A DNA stretch of 64,000 bases from Octopus vulgaris (lineage: Eukaryota). The translations under genes were made by a program, and so were the position numbers. Location: contig OX597824.1 in assembly GCA_951406725.2 (NCBI GenBank), forward strand, positions 81,654,001-81,718,000, in the 5' to 3' direction. Shown piece after piece: positions 14,129 to 29,108 of the stretch (positions within the stretch are counted from its first letter, which is position 1; the number at the start of each line of letters is the position of its first letter). The notes under the pieces are model-generated. The model did no database searches and was not told the origin of the DNA. It saw only the letters and a program-made list of their open reading frames with translations.

Positions 14129-15501
14129 GGTGGTTGTGATGGAGGTGGTTGTGGAGAAATTAGTTGGTATTGGTGCTGCTGATTTTGATGGTAGTAGAAG
14201 AGGTAGTAGTGTTTGTGGTTGTGTTGGAGGGGGTACGGTGGAGATGATTGTTGTTGAGAAGGAGTTGTTGGTAGTGATTTTTCTGGCGTCGTTAAGGTAA
14301 CGATGGAGGATTTCATTAATACTGATGGTGATGATAATGGTGGAGGTATTCGGCAGCGTGATGGAGGTGGTTGTGGTGGGGATGACGCTAGTGACGTCAG
14401 CGATGGCGTCAGTGTAGAAAATTAGGATGATATTGATGATGACGAGGACACGGTGGTGACCATGATGGTGATGATGATGATGATGATGATGATGATGCGG
14501 AGGAGGAGGAAGAAGGGGAAAACGATGAGACGATGACGCTGCTGAGGATGGTGAGGATGATGATGAGAAGGAGAAGAGGAGAAAGAGGAAGGCGATGAGA
14601 CGACGACGTTAATGATGATGAGGATGAGGAAGGGTAAGACAACGAGACGACGACGCTGATGTTGATGGTGATGATGATGATGGTGTTGATGAGGAGGAGA
14701 AGGAAGAGTCTGGATTAGGAGGAGGCGAATGAAGAGGTGGAGGAGGGCTGTAGGATGGGGAGGAGGTGGAGGATAAGGGAGGAGGTGGAGGATGAGGGAG
14801 GAGGGGAGAAGGGGAAGAGGAGGAGGGGCAGGAGCAGGAATATGCTGATGGTAACGAAGATAATGATGATGATGTTGATGATTATTATGATCGACCTATT
14901 CCTTTAAGGGCGGTGCCCCAGCATAGCCGCAGTTGTATAACTGAAACAATTAAAAGTAGAAATAAAACAAACAAAAATGGAAAACTCCAACAACAACGAT
15001 GACGACCACATTCACAATGACAACAACAACAATGGCAACAATAACAGCAAGATGAGCAACAATTATGATAAATATGAATAACTAATTGCAACAGCAACAG
15101 AGATACTTCGATGGTGACAAAATGGTGACAATAAGATTTGTACTAATTAACTTGGGTGATTTGGGTATGGTGGTTAGATGGACACAGAAGGGGTAGGAGA
15201 CAGTCATTGCTGCAGCTGTGGAGGAGGAAAAAGATAACGATAATGATGGTGGTGGAGGTGGTGGTGGTTTTGGTGGTGATGTTAGTGGTGGTGATGATGG
15301 TGACGTTGAAGAAACAAGAAGGGGAGGAGAACAAACAGAAGGGGAAGAGAAAGAAGAAGAAGAAGAAGAAGAAGAAGAAGAAGAAGAAGAAGAAGAAGAA
15401 GAAGAAGAAGAAGCTGCTGCTGAGGAGAACATTAGTGGTGGTGGTGGTGGTGGTGGTAGTGGTGGTGGCGACGTTGAGGAAACAAGAAGAGGAGGAGAAA
15501 A

Positions 15502-15728
15502 GACGGCGAGCTGGCAGAAACGTTAGCACAACGGGCGAAATGCGTAGCTGTATTTCGTCTGCCGTTACGTTCTGAGTTCAAATTCCGCCGAGGTCGACTT
15601 TGCCTTTCATCCTTTCGGGGTCGATGAATTAAGTACCAGTTACGCACTGGGGTTGATGTAATCGACTTAATCCGTTTGTCTGTCCTTGTTTGTCCCCTCT
15701 GTGTTTAGCCCCTTGTGGGTAATAAAGA
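15502..15728 (+). mobile_element. SINE family B (ggcggcgagctggcagaa head)
   Basis: A-box-like agctggcagaa, B-box gagttcaaattc, central gcctttcatcctttcggggtcgat...aagtaccag; at least nine copies in the window. Confidence 0.85.
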
Positions 15729-15949
15729 AGAGCAGGAGGAGAAACAAGAAGAAATAGAAGCGGAAAATGAAGCAAGAAGATGAAAAAGTAGAAGAAGAAG
15801 AAGAAGAAGAAGAAGAAGAAGAAGAAGAAGAAGAAGAAGAAGAAGAAGAAGAAGAAGAAGAAGAAGAAGAAGAAGAAGGAAAGATGGAAGGAAGGAAGAA
15901 TGGAGGGAAGGAAACAAGGAATGAATCAAGGAAGGAAGGAAGGAAGGAA

Positions 15950-16341
15950 GGAGCACTGTCTTTAGTCGAGCAAATCGACCCCAGGACTTATTCTTTGTAA
16001 ACCTAGTACTTATTCTATCGGGTTCTTTTGCCGAACCGCTAGGTTACGGGGACGTAAACACACCAGCATCGTTTGTCAAGCGATATTGGAGGTGGGGGAC
16101 AAACACAGACACACAAACATATACACACACACATACATACATACATACGTGACCTCGTGAGTACCGATTTCTTTCCTCTGTCTTCCCTTCTCGGGATCTT
16201 TCCTTCTCCTATGTTTCCGACGAAGAGCTCCGCTCGAAACGTTAAACCCTCCTTCTTCCCTTCTTTCCTGAGCGTCCAATAATACTTTATTTGTTCCACG
16301 TCCTCGCGTTGTTGTGTTTTTTTGTGTTTTCTTGTTTGGAT

Positions 16342-16405
<64 letters not shown>

Positions 16406-16583
16406 TGTATATATATATGCGACGGGTTTCTTCTCAGTTTCTGTCTACCAAATCCCCTCACAAGACTTTGGTTGGCCCGTGGCCATAGTAGAAGACACTT
16501 GCCTAATGTGCCACGCAGTGAGACTGAACCCAGAACCATGAGGTTGGTAAGCAAACCACTTACAACACAGACACTCCTCCGCC
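15950..16583 (-). mobile_element. SINE family A interrupted by a PLE pseudo-LTR
   Basis: SINE 3' half at 15950-16147 and 5' half at ~16420-16583 are collinear on either side of the insert. Confidence 0.8.
16148..16346 (+). mobile_element. PLE pseudo-LTR copy with hammerhead at 16213-16247 (CCGACGA core variant)
   Basis: Reverse complement of 12591-12795: gttt-CCGACGA-agagctccgctc-GAAACGTT-aaac. Confidence 0.7.
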
Positions 16584-16769
16584 TTAACAGGGAGAGAAAA
16601 TAGAAAAAAGGTTAGTGGCTAGCGATCTATCATGTATATATGTATATAAAGATATACATACATATATACATGATAGATTGAACGCACATACATACGTACA
16701 TACATGCAGGCAGAGAGATAATTATGTGTGTGTGTGTGTGTGTGATCCTCCATGGTGGAGGGTACTTAC

Positions 16770-16842
16770 CAATGGTGCCTCTCAGTATAATCAGACAAGA
16801 GAACCAGAGATTACGAAACCATCTCTTTAACGACTCAGTCAT
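16770..16842 (-). CDS. Candidate first coding exon, signal-peptide-like MTESLKRWFRNLWFSCLIILRGTI
   Basis: ATG with A at -3, 24 codons plus 1 nt, then a perfect donor TTG|GTAAGT, in unique sequence. Confidence 0.35.
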
Positions 16843-17334
16843 GCTCTCACCGCAACCTATAAATAAGTCATCTCGACCGCATCAGGAATCGTTAATTCCT
16901 AATCATAGAATGTCATTGCAATATCGCTAGGGATATTCTATAAAGAGGTTGATCGAGATATATTTATTAAGGAACAGTCACTGTTTAATTGCCTCTATTG
17001 ATCCAAACAGTTGGACATGATCAATTTTAAGCTCATTAGCGCGAAGAACTGCAGAAATCAACCTTACCAATTATAATAACATTAAACCGATCATGCAACG
17101 GAAAAACGGAATTTAGAATTAGAATGCCAAGCCGTAATGCTTCGTACAGAATAAATTTTATGTCTGGAAGAAAACGTTATTAGTACAGAGAGAAAGACTT
17201 AAATAGTAATGATCTGGGTTTTATAGGTGTATAAATATTGAAATTTGTCTGCAAAATGTAAACGAAACAAATGAAATACTGTACAATAAAGAATTTAAAC
17301 TTTTATATGTTAACTTCTAGCTTTTAGCTTTGGC

Positions 17335-17827
17335 TTGATTCAGTCATTGGACAGCGTCCATGTTGGGGCACCTCTCAGAAGGGTTTAGTCGAAGAAAGCA
17401 ACTCAAGTACTCATGTTTCTTCTGTTTTTGGAGCTTTGGTTGTTATTTTATCGGTCAATTTCGCTGAGCCCCTAAGTGGCAAGAACGTAAGCAAACGAAC
17501 ACCAGTTGCAATGCGGTGTGGGTACCGGGCAAGCGCAGATACAAATAGACTCGCACGCACGCACACACACACACACGCGCAGACGCACGCACACTTATAT
17601 ACATATATATACATATATATATGCAACAAGCTTACACACAATATCCGTCCGAAAATACATTCTCCATAGACGTGCGAGTGGCAGAGTGGTAAGTAGCTTG
17701 CTTACAAACCACATGGTTCCGGATACAGTGCCACTGCGTGGTACCTTAGGTAAGTGTCTTCTACTATAACCTCGGGCCGACCAAAGCCTTGTGAGTGGAT
17801 TTGGTAGACAGAAAGTGAAAGAAGCCC
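17335..17827. mobile_element. SINE family A fragments (17335-17530 minus, 17669-17827 plus)
   Basis: Diverged matches to the family A tail and head. Confidence 0.7.
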
Positions 17828-17829
17828 AT

Positions 17830-17869
<40 letters not shown>

Positions 17870-17874
<5 letters not shown>

Positions 17875-17998
17875 TATAGAAGGAGCTTCTAGTCCTGTAG
17901 AAGCTCCTTCTATAATATAAATTACTTTACTCTGCTATGTATTGAGTATTGAGTACCTTATTTACTGTGGTTAATCCCGACTCAACCCGGGACCTACA
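17870..17998 (+). mobile_element. Fold-back copy of the 3313-family element
   Basis: Reverse complement of 3313-3412, preceded by an inverted arm: tatattatagaaggagcttcta-gtcctg-tagaagctccttctataatata. Confidence 0.85.
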
Positions 17999-18053
17999 TA
18001 TATATATATATATGCTTGTATAATATATATATGTGTGTGTGTGTGTATATATA

Positions 18054-18116
<63 letters not shown>

Positions 18117-18698
18117 TATGTGTATATATATATATATATATATACACACACAACACATATATGTATTTGTATGCATATGTGTATGTGTGTACCTGTCGTA
18201 TATGTTTCTCTGTGTATGTATATAAGTGCCTGTATGTGTGTGCACGCGCAGATATAAAATAGAAAGAAACGGGCGACATTTTGAATTAGTATTTTCATTA
18301 TCATCTCAGTGTGTTTGTCATTTGTTATCTCCTCATCATATGCCATTATATAATTGCTTTCTCTTGCAATGAAATTCCACATTTTCTACATTCTAAAGCA
18401 TTAACCAAAGTCTTTCAGTTCAAGTTCCGATGAGGCGCCTTTAGTGGAAAATCTGATGGAATCCCTCGTCTCTTAAAGCGCAATGGCGTCATACTTAATA
18501 TTCTGTTTCTCGTTGGCTGCCCCAAACTTTCATCAAAATTACATCACACCTGCTTACTTTGTGGTGGTATAAATTTTGCTTCGATTTTATTTTTTCTTAC
18601 ATTTTAGGGTTTTTTTTTTTTGTTCTTGTTTTCCCTTTTCCGATAAAATTACGTCTTTTGTGTTTTCTCTTTCCGAAATAATCTCTATCTCTCTCTCT

Positions 18699-18751
<53 letters not shown>

Positions 18752-19143
18752 CCTCCCTCTACTTTTCATTCCGTTTTTCGGCTCCCTTTAACCTTCTCGC
18801 TATCTCGATCACTCTGTCACTGTATTCCTCTCCCTCTTTTCTTCTATGTTGTTCTCTATCAATCTCTCTCTTTCTCCCTCTCTGATTACGTGTATGGATA
18901 CAGAAGGATAGCGTGGGAGAGGGAAAAACAGAACGAAAGAGAGAGAGACAGAGAGAGAGAGAGAGCGAAGATACATTGATATGCCTGTCTATCGGAATCA
19001 ACACATAGACACGAACATTTTTACCTCTATTATTTTCTTTCTATTTCTCTTTCAATATGTCTCGCTTTCTCTCAATTTTCTCCGTTTCTCTCTCAACATA
19101 CATATGTGTGTGTATGTATATATATATATATACATATATATAC

Positions 19144-19249
<106 letters not shown>

Positions 19250-19344
19250 GTATATCGTAATCACTCCAGCAAATCCAATTTAATTATACATTTCCCTACC
19301 CTACCTTAAGGATTTTTGCACCAAACACACTTTCCTCCCACCCT

Positions 19345-19381
<37 letters not shown>

Positions 19382-19843
19382 CCTTTCGCTCTTTCTCTCT
19401 TCTCTCTCTCCTTTTCTATACGTACATATATGTATCTCTCTGTCTCTCTTTCTGTATATATACATATATATATATATATATACGGAGAGTGAGAGAGAGG
19501 GTAAGAGAGGTGTATGTGCATGTAGTCTTCTAAATACACACACACACTCTCTTTTTCTCTCTCACACACATACACTCACACACATACACTCACACACATA
19601 TACACTCACACACACACACACACACATCCAAACTACTCGTATTGGTGTACGCTACCCGCCACTGATATTTGAAATTTAACAGGGTATTTCCACGTACTGA
19701 CTGAACTCTCTCTCTCTTTCTCCCTCTTCCCCTCTGCTCTCTCTCCTCGTCGCTTTTACTAATTATCTTTTATATACAATTATGTAAGCTCGAGTGTAAT
19801 CATGATTGTCTGTCTGTATACACACATGCATACTACACACACA

Positions 19844-19891
<48 letters not shown>

Positions 19892-20517
19892 GATATATAT
19901 ATGTATATACATATACATATATACGCAAAAAAAAAACACAACACACAACGAAAACCAAAGATAGCAAGTAGAAAATTATACTAAATACACGAGAAGGCAA
20001 TACACCTTATACTACAGACTTAAGAAATGTGCGCCCCTCAACACAACTGTCTTCAGACTCGATGGCGAGTCTGTCATGGCCAAAGGAAACATCTGACAGA
20101 CGGTTTATTGCATAGGCTAGACAAGATTGGTTTGAAGACTTTTAATAGGCTTCGTGTAATCGTCTGCGTTGTAGACTATTGTACCTGCTGTTGCAGTTCC
20201 GCTTAAATGAGTTAACTGGCAACATGAGGACCTAGTCCTTCGCCGTCGACGATACCTCAGTCGCTGTGACACGGGTAGATCAAATATGAAGTGCTGTTAA
20301 ACTTTGTGATTTTCTGGTTCCTCTGGACAGGTAAATTCTCCTGGCCACTGCTGGACTTTAACTGTTGTGTCCCTGTCTCCAGAATGTGTACCAGATATAT
20401 CAGTGCACTATACTTCTAATATGCTTCCCAGCCACATGGTTTAGGGTTCAGTGTGACACCTTAGGCGAGTGTCTCCTTCTATAGTCTCGGGCTGACCAAA
20501 GACTTTTGAATGAATTT

Positions 20518-20940
20518 GGCGTATAGGAGTGGCTGTGTGGTAAGTAGCTTGCTTACCAGCCGTATGGTTCCAGGTTCAGTCCCACTACGTGGCACCTTGG
20601 GCAACTTCTTCTGCTATAACCTCGAGCCGACCAAAGCCTTGTGAGTGGATTTGGTAGACGGAAACTGAAAGAAGCCCGTCGTATATATGTATATATACAT
20701 ATGTATGTATGTGTGTGTATGTTTGTGAGTCTGTGTTTCCCCCCCTCCCAACATCGCTTGACAACAGATGCTGGTGTGTTTACGTCCCCGTAACTTAGCG
20801 GTTCGGTAAAAGAGGCCGATAGAATAAGTACTAGGCTTACAAAGAACGAGTCCTTGGGTCGATTTGCTCGACTGAAGGCCGAGCTCCAGCAAGGCCACAG
20901 TCAAATGACTGAAACATTTTAAAGAGTAAAATAGAAAGAG
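20518..20940 (+). mobile_element. SINE family A, full length (decayed partial copies at ~20422-20517 and ~20985-21205)
   Basis: Matches the other family A copies. Confidence 0.85.
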
Positions 20941-21795
20941 AATATATATGTGTGTATGTGCGTGCGTGCGTGTTTGTGTGTGTATGGGTGTGTCTGTCTC
21001 ATATTGTGTTTGTATTTGTCCACCACTACTGTTTGACAACCGGTGTTGTGATTATGTCCCCTAACCCATTGGATGAACAAAAGGGGACAATAGTGTATCA
21101 TACTTTACAAAACATAATTAGTACCGGAATCAATTCATGCAACCGAAATTCCCACAAGGCGGTGCCCCAGCATGGCCTCAGTTTAATTACTGAAACAAGT
21201 AAATGATAACAGATAGGGAAATCGAAATTGAACTGTTCACTCTCATAGACTCGATATATTTGCCGTTGAAGATATCTCGGAACTGCTTTAGGAACACGGC
21301 CGTTCAGACGATGTACTACGGCTGTTATTGGTTTAAATTCATTGCCAAGAGAGACATGTTAACTTAAAAACCTTCACATCATACACAAAGAGAAGCACTA
21401 ACAATCCGTTCAGTTCAAGATACAGAGATTCTTTGCGTTGCTATATTTTCCAGCTAGAGCCCCGAGTATATTGTGAGGGTTTCAGCTACATGACAGATTT
21501 GAATTTACCGTGTTGATTATCTTCACATGTCTGAAAAATAAATGAGAAAGTTTGGAGCGAGTTACATAGAACAAATTTACATCGTCTTTCATTTATCATG
21601 CGCTAAATATGTTCACAAAAGGGTTGAATTCCCTATAATTATATATATAATTATATACAACAGGTGAGGGCTGTGTATGCTCATTATAGAAAACATATAG
21701 TGGACCTCAAAAGGATTTAAACAGGAAACTTTAAAACCTTCGTCCAGGGTAAGACATGCGACGCCAAGAAAGGCTGTATGAGAAATACAGACCAA

Positions 21796-22130
21796 GCTGA
21801 TATGGAGTGGTAATGCAGATAAGCACAGTTAGGTTCATAAAAATATATTTACAAGGAACACAAATGCAGACTGAAAATACAGAACGGGGTAACAAAATAT
21901 ATAATTTCGTAACTCGACAGCTGTTTCAGGAAACGGGAATTATTAATGTAATAATACTAATCATAAATTGCAGATTATGATAATTATGATAATTACGTAA
22001 CTCTGGGCTTCATGAAACACCTGTCGAGTTGTAAAATTGCATATTTTCATATCTTATTTTCCAGTTTTATTCTGTAATTTCTTGTGCTCTATTGAATATA
22101 ATTATATCAAGTCTTACCCTATGTATCAGC
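21796..22130. mobile_element. Decayed inverted PLE pseudo-LTR pair
   Basis: aactcgacagctgtttcaggaa (21911-21932) versus ttcatgaaacacctgtcgagtt (22009-22030); each is a hammerhead 3' half GAAAC-nnnn-GTC. Confidence 0.5.
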
Positions 22131-22203
22131 CTAACACCAACATACTCTCTGCATCTCTCTCCCTCTCCCTCTCCCTCTCTCTCTCACTCTCTTTCTTTCT
22201 CTG

Positions 22204-22265
<62 letters not shown>

Positions 22266-22445
22266 TTATTTATTTGCTTCACTCATTTGTGTGTGGTCAC
22301 ATTGGGGCACATCTTTTAGTAGAAGAAATGGACTCCAGGACTTTTTTCTTCAAGAGCCTAGTTCTAGTAACGGGGACGTAAACACACCAAGATCGCTTGT
22401 CAAGTGATGGTGGGGGGGACAAAAACACACACAAACATATGTACG

Positions 22446-22507
<62 letters not shown>

Positions 22508-22610
22508 CATATATATATATATAATTCAAAATATATGTGTATATACATACATACAAACACATATATATATCTATATATATATTTTATATTTTCCTTTTGT
22601 AACATATTTC

Positions 22611-22661
<51 letters not shown>

Positions 22662-22883
22662 TACATATATGCATATATGCGTACAGGACGTCACCAGCAG
22701 TAAACAATATGAAGTACGAAAACAAATGAGTTAAATACGTAACCAACGAGAGAAAAAAGTGGAAAACAGGACAAATAACACCTACTCTTCATTTCGAGCA
22801 TTCAACAACAATATGAGCCTTCGAAGACGGCTCGGAACAAAGCTTAAATTAATTGGACGTGACGCGTCCATTTCGAAGTAAGT

Positions 22884-22943
<60 letters not shown>

Positions 22944-22980
22944 TTATTTAGCTATCTATCTATCTATCTATCTATCTATC

Positions 22981-23022
<42 letters not shown>

Positions 23023-23588
23023 GAGACAAACGAAGATAGATGCAGATATGTGTATACGTGTGTGTGTGTCTTCGTGGGTGAGAGAGTGTATGTATATGTG
23101 TCTGTACATATATATGTATATAAATATATATATATATATATATGTATATATTGTTTATATTTGTGTGTGCAAAGTGAAATATCTATATACATTACTGATT
23201 TCAAGCATGTGTGTTTGTGTGTGTGTGTAAGTATGTATGTAGAAGAATTTTATCACTTATTTCGGTGCAGCGCAAGTACTTCTCCATCACATATAAACAT
23301 ATATACACACAGATATATACATTCATATACAGACATACACTCTTCAACACATACAGGCAAACAAACTAAAACACACACACACACACACACACACACGCAT
23401 ACTTTCATATAGAACAACTATGGAAGGACTTTCAACACTTTCATTACCAAATTCTAAGCATCGACTCTTACACTTCTTAACTTTGATATATAATCCGCAT
23501 CCTTTGAGACTCCGAAAATCCATTTTGCGGAAAACTTCAACTGGCTCCGGCTTATAAGCAATTCTGGTGAGAGCCAATTCTCATGCAT

Positions 23589-23699
<111 letters not shown>

Positions 23700-23812
23700 C
23701 ATACATATATACACATATATATATATATATATATATACATACACACACACACATATATATATATATACATACATATATATACATATATATATATATATAT
23801 AAATAGATACAT

Positions 23813-23874
<62 letters not shown>

Positions 23875-24110
23875 ATATATATACATATATATGTATATAT
23901 ATATAAATACATATATGTATATATACATATAAACATACACACATAATAAAACATATATATATACTCATATATACACACACACATATATATGTATATGTGG
24001 GTGGGTGGGTGTTTGATTGTGTGTGTGTTTGTGTAAGTAGGTGCGTACGGGACATGTATATGTATATATACATATCATCTTTATTTTCTCATCATTATTT
24101 ATTCATTTCC

Positions 24111-24174
<64 letters not shown>

Positions 24175-24305
24175 CATCATGTTTTTTGTTGTCGAAGATT
24201 TTCTCATTTCTCTGTTTGAAAACTTTTAACCAACAAATATAAAGACCACCATATATATATATATATATATATATTGATATTTACTATTATCTCTAGCTCG
24301 CTATT

Positions 24306-24363
<58 letters not shown>

Positions 24364-24908
24364 AATCTGTTTGTGCTTCGACCATTCGATTATTATTTCT
24401 CTCCACAAACCTTTGAATCTTTATCGTCGCATTTATATGCATGTATATGTGCCAGCGAATGTAACCCCCATGTGCCACTTAGTGTGCGCATATGTGTATG
24501 CGTGTCTTTTTGTGCACCGACGTGTATATCAATATATGCATATACAAATATCTATTACATTTATGCATACAAGTATGTAAATATTTACACACACGCATAC
24601 ACGCATATTTATTATAGAAATATATAGTTATTCTTTAATACATACATATATATATATACAGACACGCACATACATATGTATGTATGCGTGTATGTGTGTG
24701 AGTGTGTATGTATGTATATATAAATTCATATATATATATATATATTTATATATATTCATGCCTCATATAAAAACTTCAGAATTTAATACGGGAATTTCAG
24801 CCGTAACAACTTAAGCACATAGGCACACACACACACACACATATGTATGTATATATATATATATTTCATAAATGCGCAGTCATAAGCACGTAGCTATGAA
24901 TATATATG

Positions 24909-24957
<49 letters not shown>

Positions 24958-25114
24958 ATATATATCCACTAATATATATATTTTTAAAAATATATATATG
25001 CATATATATATATATATGTATATATAAATATATATATATATATATATTATATATATTTATATATACATATATATGTGTGTGTATGTTTGTGTGTGTACTT
25101 ATATATTTATTCAT

Positions 25115-25159
<45 letters not shown>

Positions 25160-25263
25160 TAGATATACACTTACAGATGTATATATTCATATTTATGTAC
25201 TTATACATATATATCTATAGATATATATATATGTATATATCAATAAATATACATTTACATATG

Positions 25264-25310
<47 letters not shown>

Positions 25311-25380
25311 CACACACATATATATACGTACATATATAAGTATGTGTGAGTGTGTATACGTTTGTTCGTATATGAGTTGT

Positions 25381-25419
<39 letters not shown>

Positions 25420-25673
25420 ATATATATATATATACTGACAGGGGAAAACGAATTGAGGAAGTTGATATAATTAAATCAAACTCTAACTTAACCTTGATCC
25501 GTTTCCAGATAAATATTTAATATAATGTACTCAAGAACATACATTTCTAAGGCATTCAACCTCCCATCAAGAACGTTCACCTCGCTATATCGCAAAACAC
25601 CTCATCATAAGTAACAAAATACGAAGAAAAGAAGAACACCAACTGAAATACATTATGATTATTGTTATTGTCA

Positions 25674-25741
<68 letters not shown>

Positions 25742-25867
25742 GTTGTTGTTGTTCTTGTTGTTATTAATTTTTCTCTTGGCCATAAGAGCGTACATAAAAC
25801 AACACGAAGAGACAAAGACAAGAAGATAAAAAATGTTTTTAAAATGTGTAAACAAAATAAACAAAAT

Positions 25868-26235
25868 TGGTTGTGTGGTAAGTAGCTTGCTCCCCAACCA
25901 CATGGTTCCAGTTTCACCCCCACTGCATGGCACCTTGGGCAAGAGTCTTCAAGTATAGCCTCTGGCTGACAAAAGCCTTGTGAGTGGATTTGGTAGACGG
26001 AAACTGAAAGAATCCCGTCGTATATATGCATGTTTTTGTGTATGTTTGACCCCCACTATCGCTTGACAACCGATGTTGGTGTATTTATGTCACCGTAACA
26101 TAGTTGTTCGGCAAAAGAGACCGATAAAATAAGTACCAGGCTTAAAAGGAATAAGTCCTGTTGTCGATTTGTTCGATTAAAGGTGGTGCCCCAGCTTGGC
26201 TGCAGTGAAATTACTGAAACGAAGAATATAAGAAT
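25868..26235 (+). mobile_element. SINE family A
   Basis: Matches the other family A copies. Confidence 0.82.
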
Positions 26236-26239
26236 ATAA

Positions 26240-26722
26240 TAAAACTCCCAATAGGGGGAAGCGCTTTAAGGTTACTTGTGGGAAAACCCGCAAACGCCTG
26301 ACTATCACGACAAGAACCTTTCTCCTTTTATTTTTTATAGGTGCAGTCTTTTCACACTGGTCATTTTCCCGACATTCACCCACCTTTCAACAAACTTGCT
26401 ACAAAGCAACACTTCCCTCTCGACCCTCACTTTCCATTTTAAGTGAAGCTTGAAAAGGTTTATGAGGGCTTGGCCAAAGACAAAAGTATCTGCCTTTAGC
26501 CCTTTCAAGCGTGTCCCCCACACTACATCTTTTGCTACAGCCACCAGACAAATACAAATTGCTTACCGCTCCCGGTCAAAGAAGAGGGGCGGAGCAACCT
26601 TCACTATGGATTCAGCTGATAGCCGGATCCGTCCTACACGTGACAGCAAGTGCTCGACATAAATGCATGGGTCAGCAATGCTCGGACACTGGACGGGTGC
26701 GTGCAGAACGGTTTCATCACTC
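26240..26722 (-). pseudogene. Tx1/L1-type LINE ORF2 3' end
   Basis: DETVLHAPVQCPSI (end of the zinc knuckle)...VAVAKDVVWGTR...FVERWVNVG, one in-frame stop, followed by a short 3' region. Confidence 0.65.
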
Positions 26723-26755
26723 TGTAAAATTTATTATTATTGTTCTTGTTGTTGA

Positions 26756-26803
<48 letters not shown>

Positions 26804-26829
26804 GATCATCATCATCATTTAATTTTCTT

Positions 26830-27376
26830 TTAATCTGCATGTATGTTACAGTCATTCCCCGGAACACACACAACGTCCTAGGGCGAGTGAAGTATAAGAG
26901 ATGTTGCAGTATGACTGAAAACTTGGGGAGGGGAAGTGGCAGGGACAGTAGTGAAATATATCTTCATGTAATACAACACAGACATTTAAATTGATGGGAA
27001 TTTTCTAAGGATGTTGGCAGTACTTGTCTGCACAATCTTTGGATTTCTCTGAGACACCTTTTATATTTCATTTTTTTTTGTGTGTATTTCAATTTCCACA
27101 CCTTATATTTACTTAATTTCTCGAATTCTTTTACGCATACATTTTTATCAGCGGGAACACTTACATCAGTTAGTCTACAAGTATTTTCTCCTCTGGCTTT
27201 AATGACTATGTCTGGTCGATTATCCTGGATACTTCTGTCGGTGTTGACTAGAAAATCATAACGGATAGTGACATTTTTACCTCCAGCGATTGTCTGAAGA
27301 TGATATTCAAAGCAGTAAGCAGGAGTGTTAATTTTGTAGTGCTTACATATTTTCCAGTGTAACTACTGTGTTACCC

Positions 27377-27377
<1 letters not shown>
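26830..27377 (-). pseudogene. R4/Dong-type non-LTR retrotransposon relic (restriction-like endonuclease)
   Basis: LHWKICKHYKI...VTIRYDFLVNTDRSIQDNRPDIVIK...LTDVSVPADKNVCVKEFEKLSKYK, flanked by (ATT)n. Confidence 0.8.
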
Positions 27378-27452
<75 letters not shown>

Positions 27453-27492
27453 GTTACTACTACTACTACTACTACTACTACTATTATCATCA

Positions 27493-27551
<59 letters not shown>

Positions 27552-28009
27552 GCTGTTGTTGTTGTTATTGTTGTCATTGTTACTATTATTTTTAGGCAGA
27601 TAAACAGCGCATCACCTTGCAGGTAGAGCCCAGTTACAATTTTCTTCAGGTCGAGTAGCCCATCCCGCTCAAAAGTTCCCTGAATAAGGGTTGTTTGAGG
27701 ATGTTGAACGAAATACCCATGTTTACCAGAGGTGAATAATACAAACCACAAAGAATTTCTCCCCACACATGGCTATGACGCTACCCCACTACTTCTGCTC
27801 GTGATCAGACATGCACGTGTTACCAGCCACTAAGCGACATGCTCAACTGGTTACGGTCAAACAACCGACAAGTAAATCTGTGGTATTGAGCAGAATATTT
27901 GCTGTAGCCCATCTTTTATACCAAGACAATACAATGTACATGATAATACTTCCAGTCAGTTAAGATCAGAAGCCACGGGAGCCATTGCCTGGAACTGCAT
28001 CAAGTCTTT

Positions 28010-29106
<1,097 letters not shown>

Positions 29107-29108
<2 letters not shown>

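Noticed and set aside
14300-15480. Acidic/Gly-rich ORFs
   Set aside because: Degenerate GAT/GAG/GGT/GAA trinucleotide low complexity with stops in all extended frames.
25490-25575. Possible decayed long-stem hammerhead (TTGATGG...GAAAC); a similar case lies at ~2750-2800
   Set aside because: Too many core mismatches and no stem I.
27594-28005. Complex-sequence insert between ATT tracts
   Set aside because: Probably an interspersed repeat, but I see no second copy, ORF or terminal signature to support a call.
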